IMG/VR virus record: IMGVR_UViG_2834277561_000001
Span: 58,688-122,687 of that record
Length of the DNA stretch: 64,000 nucleotides
From: a virus
Lineage: Duplodnaviria; Heunggongvirae; Uroviricota; Caudoviricetes
Reading direction: 5' to 3' (one strand)
Shown here piece by piece: positions 54,689-64,000 of the stretch (its first letter is position 1; every line of letters begins with the position of its first letter). The notes under the pieces are model-generated. The model was not told the origin of the DNA. It made no database searches and saw nothing but the letters and a program-made list of their open reading frames with translations. The position numbers and the translations under genes were made by a program.

Positions 54689-54736
54689 ATGGTGTTTAAA
54701 AATAACGATGAAACTCACATTTCAGAGGGGATTTTT

Positions 54737-55401
54737 ATGGAAGCATGGATTTTACAAGGTTTTGCAATAATTGGCTTTGCTATAACAATTGGACTTATGT
54801 TTATTCTGTTCTATATCGTTATGTGTAAAGTCAATATTTTGTTTAACAAGTATTATAAATTACAAAAGATAAAGAGAGAAAGCAAAAATAGGTTTCGACA
54901 ACCACCTGTAGCAAAATGTTACTGTCTCTATTGCAAATATGCAGAATATTTCGGAGATGACAGATGTGGTAAATGTAGCCTATGGGGAAATGATATTGTA
55001 ATCAAGGATAACGGCTTTTGTTATAGAGCTGATCCTAAAAAATAAAGATGAAATGATTGTTTCACGGTGTGATTAAAAGAAAGATAAAAGGAATAGTAAT
55101 GAATAAGAATATATCAGTAAATGTAAAAGCATGTCAGATGTTGGATGTAGAAATAACCCCAGATGAATTACTAAAAGGAATTATTAATGTTTGTCAACTA
55201 GATTATTTATTTTCTTCAACGAAAGATGTTTATTGGAGACTTGAAAAATGCGGAAAAACAGAGGTTCTAAATCAATATGTTAATTTTTCATTAAATTCAC
55301 AGCATCCTGAATTTGAAGTGTTTCGTACTATTTCTGATAAAGAAATCGTTGCGATTTATAAATGTATAAACAAACTTAAAGAATTTATTAATGTAAAATA
55401 A
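54737..55401 (+). CDS. Two hypothetical ORFs (54737-55045, membrane anchor plus Cys cluster; ~55099-55401)
   Basis: Hydrophobic N-terminus and CYCLYC..C..C motif in the first; both co-oriented. Confidence 0.6.
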
Positions 55402-55418
55402 AAAGGAGAGAGAAAAAT

Positions 55419-56192
55419 ATGGGCAAATTTAAATCAGGAATTATTTTAAAAAACAAAATTGAGTTAGCACCACAGGGGAATGAAAGTTACTCGGATTTAC
55501 TTGTTTCGCTCGGCATTGATGATACTACATTCAACGCTTCTAAAGTATTCATTAGAGCTGAATTAACTCCGCCAGATGGTGATATTGCAGTGCCAATTGA
55601 GAAATGGAATTACAATGTTGATCAGGATATTACTCCGGATTGGTACGATGAAGATCCAACAAGATATGAAAATGAATTTCGTGTTGCGGTAGATACTTGG
55701 ATTAAAGAAAATCTGAATTTCAAAAAAGAATTTGGAAAAGCATGGACTGTTTTTGAAGATAATGGATTGGAATATCATGTTCTTTATGGAACTTTGTTTA
55801 ATTCTGAGTTTGGAGCTACAAATGATTATAGAGAATCATTTATCCGCAAAAAATTAGATGAAAGCGAATTAAAAGCTCAAATTGAAGATACATATAAAGA
55901 AAGAATCGTTCCTGTATCAGTAAATCTTACATCTATGGATGGATTTAAAGAATACGGAAAAGTGTCTGATACTCTTGGAATTTTTGATATTCCGTTTCTT
56001 ATGAAATATGGCGAGAATATTCCACTTATTGAAAATCCAGTTTGGACAGCAACCCCAAATCAGACAAAAAAACGTAGAGATACGCGCTTTGTGCAGGTTG
56101 TCATCTCCGATGGTTTCGTGTGCTGCAGCGGTTGCCTCTGGGGCGGCTGCGGTGTGCGTCCGTTTTTTATCCTGAAATCTTCTAATCTCTAA
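55419..56192 (+). CDS. DGR target protein 1; distinct N-terminal domain plus DUF6273/C-type-lectin-like C-terminus
   Basis: SMDG.KEYGK, WTATPNQT, and a variable repeat ending GVRPFFILK. Confidence 0.9.
   Translation: MGKFKSGIILKNKIELAPQGNESYSDLLVSLGIDDTTFNASKVFIRAELTPPDGDIAVPIEKWNYNVDQDITPDWYDEDPTRYENEFRVAVDTWIKENLNFKKEFGKAWTVFEDNGLEYHVLYGTLFNSEFGATNDYRESFIRKKLDESELKAQIEDTYKERIVPVSVNLTSMDGFKEYGKVSDTLGIFDIPFLMKYGENIPLIENPVWTATPNQTKKRRDTRFVQVVISDGFVCCSGCLWGGCGVRPFFILKSSNL
56082..56164 (+). repeat. DGR variable repeat VR1
   Basis: 83-nt match to TR with 17 differences, all at TR adenines. Confidence 0.95.
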
Positions 56193-56206
56193 TCTTAATA
56201 AATATT

Positions 56207-56560
56207 ATGAAACTAATTGATAAAACCATAGATCTTATGGAATATACATACAGAGAGACAAGTAGAAAAGATCGATTCCCAATCAAATATCGTACTATAA
56301 TTTTTGAAATGCAAACAAACTCTCTTAATATTTATAAAATGCTTTTAACTGCAAATAAACTTCCGATTTGTGGAAATGGATCAGAACGACAGCTGCTACA
56401 ATTAAAAGCGGTGGCATTATGCGATGATTTGTCCGGGCTAATTGAATTGGCAAATAAATTGAAAATAATCAGTATTGATAAAATGGGGAAATGGCAAGCT
56501 TATTTGACTCCTGTAAAAAATATGATTTTGGCATGGATAAAATCAGATTCAAAAAGATAA
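56207..56560 (+). CDS. avd: DGR accessory variability determinant (four-helix bundle)
   Basis: 117 aa, located between target and TR; FPIKYR..., LIELANKLKIIS..KMGKW..MILAW. Confidence 0.85.
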   Translation: MKLIDKTIDLMEYTYRETSRKDRFPIKYRTIIFEMQTNSLNIYKMLLTANKLPICGNGSERQLLQLKAVALCDDLSGLIELANKLKIISIDKMGKWQAYLTPVKNMILAWIKSDSKR

Positions 56561-56583
56561 GATTCTAGGGTGTCTGCTGTTTG

Positions 56584-56666
56584 ACGCGCTATGTGCAGAT
56601 TGTCAACTCCAATGGTAACGTGAACTACAACGATTGCAACTGGAACGACTACGGTGTGCGTCCGTT
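56584..56666 (+). ncRNA. DGR template repeat (TR)
   Basis: AAC-rich copy ACGCGCTATGTGCAGATTGTCAACTCCAATGGTAACGTGAACTACAACGATTGCAACTGGAACGACTACGGTGTGCGTCCGTT; its 3' flank differs from the shared VR flank. Confidence 0.95.
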
Positions 56667-56777
56667 CTGGGGTGAAAAATGCAGAAAAGTACGTATTTAT
56701 ATACTGAAATCAGAGTCTCACCATCAAAAGAGCAAATATCCTTTCTTACCACAAGATAAAAATAAAGGAATACAAAA

Positions 56778-57821
56778 ATGGAAGATTATAGTTTTGAGTC
56801 TGTTTCTAATTTTGAAGCACTATATAAAGCATATCGTAAATCCAGAAAAGGATCGGGACATAAAAAGAGTAAATATAAATTTGCTCAAACTGCTTTGTAT
56901 GGTGTTTCAATGCTTAAATATCAATTGAATTCTAAGAAATATTTCATTGACAGATATAACAAATTTAAAGTTTATGAGCCGAAAGAAAGAGAAATTGCTG
57001 CCGGAAGTTTTAAGGATAAAATTGTGCAACATTCATTGTGTGATAACTACCTTTTACCGTATTTGTCTCATCATTTTATAGAGAATAATTTTGCCGGACA
57101 AATTGGCAAAGGAACTCATTTCGGATTAAAAGTTTTGGAACAGCATATGCTAAGTGCTTATTCAGAATATGGGATGAACTGTTGGATTGTAAAGTGTGAT
57201 GTTAGAAAATATTTCTATAATATTGATCACGACATTCTTAAGGATATTATAGAATTTCATTTTTCAGATTCTGATATTCTCTGGTTATGTAAAAAGTATA
57301 TAGATAGTGCAGAAAGTCCAGGACTTCCTTTAGGTAATCAAGTTAGCCAGGTGTTTGCGTTATTATATTTGTCGGGGTTGGATCAATTCATAACAGGGGA
57401 ATTAGGCGCTAAGTATTATGGAAGATACATGGACGATTTTTATATTATTGTACGGTCAAAAACACACGCGAAAGACTGCTTAGAATACATTAATACATTT
57501 GTTCAATCATTAAATATTGAGTTAAATGAAAAGAGTCAGATTATTCCGTTCAAAAATGGTATTCGATTTTGTGGTTTTCATACTTATATAACCAGTAGTG
57601 GTATTCCAATTCGAAAATTAACTAATGAGAAAAAGAGAAAAGGAAAGAAGAAATATATAAAAATGGCAAAGCTGGTTAATGAAGGAAAAATTAGCAAAAA
57701 GGATTTTGAAACTTCGTATTCTTCATTTAGAAATCATTTGTCATTTGGGAATTGTGTGAAATTTAGTTATAAATTGGACAAAGAAATATCTGAAGTGTTG
57801 GATAAGGAAGGAACAGAATGA
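56778..57821 (+). CDS. DGR reverse transcriptase
   Basis: EPKEREI, FKDKIVQH, GKGTH, KCDVRKYFYNIDH, GLPLGNQVSQ and YGRYMDDF motifs. Confidence 0.95.
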   Translation: MEDYSFESVSNFEALYKAYRKSRKGSGHKKSKYKFAQTALYGVSMLKYQLNSKKYFIDRYNKFKVYEPKEREIAAGSFKDKIVQHSLCDNYLLPYLSHHFIENNFAGQIGKGTHFGLKVLEQHMLSAYSEYGMNCWIVKCDVRKYFYNIDHDILKDIIEFHFSDSDILWLCKKYIDSAESPGLPLGNQVSQVFALLYLSGLDQFITGELGAKYYGRYMDDFYIIVRSKTHAKDCLEYINTFVQSLNIELNEKSQIIPFKNGIRFCGFHTYITSSGIPIRKLTNEKKRKGKKKYIKMAKLVNEGKISKKDFETSYSSFRNHLSFGNCVKFSYKLDKEISEVLDKEGTE

Positions 57822-60800
57822 CAATTAGAGAATTATATGAATGGGCGAAGCAACAAGGTATTGAAGACTATGATATAGAAATCCAGTACAGAGATGGCGG
57901 AGGATATTATGATGGTACAGATGATGCATATTTTTACGATATAGAAACAAAACATGATAAGAAGATAATAATAATTTAGAAAGAAGATAAAATATGAGGT
58001 TATTTATTACAAAGAAAAAATTAATTAAAGAAATGGCAAAAGAATTGGCATATTTAGAGATTAACGCAGACTGGTGGTATTACACGACTAAGGTTGAAGA
58101 GAAACAGCAGATGTCAAGTCATAATCTCGATGGTGTTACAGAGCTTAGATGTATTTGCGATGCTCTTGGAATTTTAAAGGAAGTATATGATGAGGCTTAT
58201 AAAATCTATGATTTTAGAAACAGCGGAAGTGACGATTTTAAACCAAACGTTCCATTAATCAGAAAATTGCATGATGAATTTTGTGAACCAATCGCAAAGA
58301 AGCGTCCATTTATGTAAAAAGAGGAATGCAATAAGACATGAAACAGATACCCAGGCATATGCTATTGCTGCGGAAAGTACGTATATAATATAAACATGTC
58401 ACCCGAAGAGAAAGCTATTAAAGATATTGAGAAGTTAATTCTGGATTCAGATTACATAGAAATAACAGACGAAATTAAGGGTTCATTAAAACTTACGGTC
58501 AAGAAATTGAAAGAGGTAAGAGAAAATGAGTAAATCAGTATTAGTGTTGGATACACCAAAATATTGTGCTTCATGTGCTTTACGCAGCGGAATACTTCAC
58601 CCATTCTGTAGAGCGAATAGAAGAGATATTACAGATTTGAGCATTAGACCAGATTGGTGTCCATTGAAGCCATTGCCGAAATATAGATCAATGGAAAAGC
58701 CGGGAGAATACGAATATGGTGAGATGCATGGTTGGAATAGGTGTATTGATGAGATTACAGGAAAATCATGAAAAAGCTAAGTTGTGAACACATGATTTCG
58801 TATAGGAGGTGAAATATGAGTTTTACTATAACATTCCCAGTAGATATTGGAACATTTGTAATTACAGATACAAGTGTTGATTTAAATAATCCGAATAATT
58901 TAAAAGGAAACTTAGGAAGTATATCATGTTATCAATGTGTTGATGACAAAGAAGATGATTTTATTGTTATGGTATCCGGATATAAAGATTCTTGGTGTGG
59001 TGAATATTTGCTTAGTAAATTAAAAATTGCTACAGACAAACAAGTTAAAGAATACGAAATGGTAATGGGGATAAAGCAAATGGATATTGATGAGATTACA
59101 GGAGAAAGTTCTGATGATTGATTTAAGAAATACATGTATCTTGGTTAAGACAAAAGAAGAAAACGAAATGATTCTCAAAGAAGCTGAGAAGCAGGGATTT
59201 CATTGGTACTATGAAGACCATTGTAAGCCATTACAAGAACAGCATTTCCCAGACATTTTAAAATTTTGCGAAGATAAAGATATCATTCATAGAGCATTTA
59301 TTAACTCAAATTACGCTTTCCACGAAGCATCAGAACTTCTCGGAATAAAAGAAATGACAGTAAGAGAATTTGCTGAGCGGATTGCAGATGCAGGCAATTG
59401 TTACGAACGTGAATGTTCGGAATGTGTATTTAGCAAAGTGAATACTAAGTGCAGCATCAATTTGTGTAATATATACAACTGGAAAGGCAACATTGATGAA
59501 CTCTTTGAAATTGTGAAATCAGGAAAAGCGACAGTTCTTACACCGGAAGAGAAAGCAGTTGAAGATATTGAAAAATTTATTGAGAATCCAGACCGCGCAG
59601 CGTTAAATGATGAATTTGTAGATGCGTTGAAGCTGGCGATTGAAAAATTAAAAGAGGTGAAGTAGATGATAAAAATTAGCAAAATTGCCTTTGAAGCATT
59701 AAGAGATACGGATGGAAATGTTTCAAAAAAAACCAGCGGAATGGTGGAGAAGAAATAAATTGGCATGTATTTGGTGCATATTGTGTATGCTGGCAGAGAT
59801 TCCGATAGTAATATTAAGATTTGTACTTATGACAATTTGTTTTATTCCGTTAGAAGATATATCTTTTTAAGAGGTGGAGTAGATGGAGAGATTGACACTT
59901 GACGACGCTATTAAATACACCAAAGATGTAGCGAGAAAGAACAGAATAAACAAAGAGAAAAATACCATCATTATTCCTAACAGTTTTATCAGTAGTAATG
60001 ATTGTGCAGATAAATATGGACAAGTTGCTAGATGGTTGGAAAGACTAAAAGACTACGATGATTTAGAAGAAAAAGGATTACTGTTTGAACTACCGTGTAA
60101 AGTCGGAGATTTAGTTTTTATCATCAGTGGAGAAAATATTTGTGGAAGAAAAGTAAAATCAATAAAAATTTTAAGTACAGAAATCGAATTTTCAACATCC
60201 GACTTCACATTTCGAAAAGAATCTTTTGGCGAAACAGTATTTTTAACAAGAGCAGAAGCAACGAAAAAGTTGTATGAGATGGAGGAGCAAAATGGATAAT
60301 GTGTATATAGTAACAAGACAGAAAAATAATGTATTAGTTTCGATTATGCGAAATAAATTAGATGGCACGTATTCTTTTGTAAATTTAACAAAAGGACATA
60401 TATGCACTTGTAAATTTAATACCATTGAAGATGCGGTAAAAGATATGCAGATTAAAAAAGAAAATGGTGAAGTTATAAGTTATTTTAAAGTAGGTGAATA
60501 AATAGTGGATCGAAGAAATAGAAAGTATTATTTGGTGAGACTGCCATATTGTCATAATGCATGTGTGAAAAAACTGAAAGAAATTAAGACAGTAAAAATT
60601 TCAAATCCTTATGATTTTGATAAAGATAGGAAGTATGGATACGCAAACTGTTTAATTGGATTTTCTAATAATGTAGAAAATTCTATTCTTACAATTTTAA
60701 ATTCAAAATGGGAGTATGGCTATAAAGCAAAATATAATGAAATTACTAAAGAAATGATTGGACATTAAAGTTAAAACGGCAGTTTCATGGAAGGAATAAA

Positions 60801-61824
60801 ATTATGACAGAAGTAGAAGATTTGCAGAAACTGGATGAGACGGAAAATGAAATTTAAAGAATTTGAAAATTGGTGTAATGAAAGAGCCTGTGATGGATGC
60901 TGGGGAATGCTAGAAGCAATGGTGTGTATTGATTTAATGAATAAGATTAGAAAAATCCAATTTTGGAAAAGAGAAAAAATCTGGAAAGAAAATTATGAGC
61001 AGCAGGTATTGGAAGAGATTATTAATCCGGTAGAGAAGAAGTTGGAGGAGATGGAGAATGGCAAGTAAAACTATCAAAACAATGGGTGTTACTCCGATTA
61101 CAAATACCATTTACTATGGAAATGTAAATGAAGAAAAAGGTTTATGGGTAGGTGAGAGAAAAGACGTAACCGATATAGCAATCGCCTCTGTATTTGAATG
61201 GTTCATGAATCAAATGGATGGAAAAGAAGAGTTTGGGATCTCATATCCAGATGTTCCAGGGTTTAAGTTGAAGATGACAAGAGATGAGGTAAAAAATGGA
61301 AAATAGAAAGCATCAGAATTGCTTCAAATACATAAATCCGCACGGAACAGTATTCATTTGGTGTAATATCGCAAACAGCAAGCCGTATGATGCAAGTTAT
61401 CTCGATTCATTTCAAGACGGGCATGGAGGTTATGCGGATAATTATAATTATTGTCCGTATTGCGGAAAAAAGTTGGAAGTAATAGAGAAAATGTAAGGTA
61501 AATGGAGATAAGAAATGATTGAAGTGATAAAAGAAATTTTTATGATACTGGGAATGGGCGTAGTTGCTATCATTATTTACGAATTATTTTACACAATAAT
61601 CAATAAATTCAATAGATGGCGAAAGAACGGCTGCAAAATTAAATGTCTTTGTAAACCACATAAATACAAATTGGTTTGGTATTGGAGGAATACTGAGGAC
61701 GCTATTTTGGAATGCAAGAAATGTGGTAAAAGAAAGCGAGTATTCATTGATTATGATTCCATTAAGGAGAAATTTCATTAGGAGGATTAAAATGAAGCTG
61801 AGAAGAAGTTGGAGAAGATGAAGA

Positions 61825-61992
61825 ATGCAGGAATGTTATAAATACATCAATCCTCATGATCATGTGTTCATTTGGTGTAGAGAGCACAATACTAAACCTG
61901 GATCTGGTGATTATCTTGTATCATTTCAAAATTATACAGAAAGTTATCAAAGTAATTATAACTATTTTGCCCGTATTGTGGAAAGAAATTAA
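61825..61992 (+). pseudogene. Frameshifted paralog of the 61296-61496 ORF
   Basis: KYINPH..VFIWC shared with the paralog; removing 2 nt in AACTATTTTGCCCG restores NYNYCPYCGKKL. Confidence 0.6.
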
Positions 61993-63223
61993 AAGAGGTA
62001 AGGGAAAATGGGACAGTGGCATAGTCATACAATTCCAAAATGTAGAGATAGAGATTGCTCTGATGAACTCCTTGTAACAGTAAAAACAGATTATGGGAAA
62101 CGTGTAGTTAAGGCAGTGTATTTTCCTCATCATCACTGTACGATAGAAGAAGTTGGATGCAATATGCCGACTTATATGTTGGAGTATTCAGAAAAAGATA
62201 ATTCATGGTGGATTCCGGAAGGATGGTATGAAGTGAATGATTATTTTGGAGATTATTGTTATTCGACTATTACGGATGAAATAATTGCTTGGTCAAAACT
62301 TCAAAAGCCATATGAACCTAGGATTAAACAGATGGAGGAATATTATGGATGAGAAAGAGGCTATTGAAAGATTAACAGATCATTTTAGAATACATTATGA
62401 TGGTAGACCGACTCCATATCTCGATAAAGCAGTTGCAATAACAATGAATGCATTACATAAGCAGATTCCAAAGAAGCCTAAAAATATAAAGACTATCCTT
62501 GACTTTTCAGGCAGATATTATACGACAAAAGGTGATTGTCCAGTTTGTAATAGAGAGGGACTTTATAAGTCGGATTTTTACTGCAATAAGTGTGGACAGA
62601 AATTAGATTGGGATTTTATGGGTTAGAAGGGGACAATTTCAATGGATAAGATCTATTGTATAATGGCGCAGTAATTATTTTGAATATATTTCTTTCACGA
62701 TGGTATGCTCATCAAGGTAAATTAGAAGATGTAATTAATGCATGTGCAACTTCAATAATTGTATCCTTAATGATGATATTGATAAAGATGGGATGAAAGG
62801 TTGATTTAAAAATGTATTATTTTATTTATGATATAAATGACTTTGATAAATTAAACGATATTATAGCAGATTGTAAAAAGAAACAGAGAAAAATATTGAA
62901 TGAAAAATGGAAGTCTTTATATAAAGAATGTTGTCCCAAATATTATGTTGAATTAGAGGAATTAGTTAAAGGATTAGATGTATATAATCATTCTTATAAT
63001 ATAACTAATCATTTAACATTTATTTCAGATTGGGTATATTCAGATTTATTTAATAGTAGTTCTATTTATTATATATTACAGTTTTTAAAAGAACACGATT
63101 TGTTATTGACAAAAGAAATAAAACTAATGACATGCGAAGCTTGTGTATGCCAAGGATGCAAATATATAAAAGAACATCTAGGACATACATGCAAAGAATG
63201 TAAAGAAAACTATTATACTGGAT

Positions 63224-63565
63224 ATGAAGGCTATTGTGATGAATGAAGTGTTAAATAAATTTCCAATAATGCATTCGATTGGTAGTACGAAAATAGAAAA
63301 TGAACAACAATTCATAGATGCTGAGAAATACTATACTAAGAATGGTTATATAGTATTTAAACCTATATTTTTCGGGTTAGATAAAAATGATAAGAGGTTA
63401 TCTATGTATACCGATATGTGTACACAAAAATTAAATATGTGTGATGTAGTTTGTGTCGTTACTGAACATATTGGAGAATCTACGAGAAAAAGAATAGAAC
63501 AAGCAATGGAATCTGGTAAAGAAATTATATATTTTAATTTGGAAAGGAATAAACAATATGATTAA
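63224..63565 (+). CDS. DUF4406/nucleoside deoxyribosyltransferase-like fold protein
   Basis: GYIVFKP...KLNMCDVVCVV..HIGEST..IEQA...KEIIY; the canonical Glu position is not clearly conserved. Confidence 0.55.
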   Translation: MKAIVMNEVLNKFPIMHSIGSTKIENEQQFIDAEKYYTKNGYIVFKPIFFGLDKNDKRLSMYTDMCTQKLNMCDVVCVVTEHIGESTRKRIEQAMESGKEIIYFNLERNKQYD

Positions 63566-64000
63566 AATTGTTTGTATTGTGAGCTTTGTTTTACTTACAT
63601 GTGTTGCTATTGGTGCATCATTTGAATAATGGATAAAAGAAATTTTTTTATTGTATCAAAAGGGGTGATTTTATGACGATAGAAAATAAAACAGATAATA
63701 AATATTTAGACGCTCTGATTAAAGATGCTTTTGATGGAATTCCATATGATGATCAATACATTATTGTCAAAGATTATGATTTAGACAGAGTGTATTTAGA
63801 TGTTGATGGTGAAGAATTTAATATCAGAACATGGAATATTTCGGAAATTGGTAATTCTAAAATTGAAATTATTTATACGTTATTTAAAATCAAAGAAGAT
63901 TGTGGAGTAAGTATTAAAGAAGATAAGGTGGTGATTAAATGCGATGGCTGATTAATTATATTCGTAGCTGTTTTTGTAAACATGAATGGGAATTGATTTT

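Larger units (their letters stand above)
57818..63951 (+). other. Second run of short co-oriented phage ORFs, several Cys-rich
   Basis: ORFs at 57994, 58526, 58816, 59115, 59883, 60835, 61058, 61296, 61515, 62008, 62346, 62812 and 63673. Confidence 0.8.

Noticed and set aside
56581-56928. 115-aa ORF from the track
   Set aside because: It is the TR read in the target frame (Asn-rich AAC codons), overlaps the RT start and has no SD
56778-57821. Reverse transcriptase as a group II intron, retron or Abi RT
   Set aside because: Adjacent Avd, an adenine-rich TR and two A-specific VRs identify it as a DGR; no maturase/En domain
990-62136. Many 60-155 aa track ORFs antisense to or nested in real genes (e.g. 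990, 2760, 8440, 14155, 24100, 37862, 46665, 52161, 59401)
   Set aside because: Shadow frames without SD sites, opposite to the local gene orientation and with no recognisable motifs
1-64000. Stop-codon reassignment, as seen in some gut phages
   Set aside because: Conserved proteins are full length under code 11 with high coding density, and no suppressor tRNA was found

Overview
This 64-kb window is AT-rich and looks like the non-structural part of a large, probably temperate, SPbeta-like phage of a Firmicutes (likely Clostridia/Lachnospiraceae-type) host. That assignment is inferred from a YonO-type RNA polymerase, a YonK-like protein, HU-like proteins, Firmicute Shine-Dalgarno (SD) sites and a LexA box; no capsid, tail or terminase genes are visible. 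Genes from 1 to ~22.5 kb lie on the - strand: three tRNAs, a tyrosine recombinase, a phosphoesterase, ClpP, a beta-CASP nuclease, two solo TnpB elements, and an RNA polymerase split by an HNH-carrying group I intron inside its DxDGD catalytic motif. A ~2-kb non-coding region and a divergent promoter follow. From ~23 kb the genes are on the + strand: about 60 short ORFs punctuated by ~29 copies of a TGAAA-N6-TTTCA palindrome at gene junctions, a control region (recombinase, XRE repressor, orphan MazF-like gene, sigma-DUF262 fusion), a 4-repeat CRISPR mini-array directly upstream of a TnpB that has no visible omega-RNA right end, and a complete diversity-generating retroelement (DGR) with one adjacent target and a second target 20 kb away. 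The best candidates for undescribed systems are the structured RNA + mini-array + TnpB locus and the junction-palindrome network with its recombinase-fold proteins.
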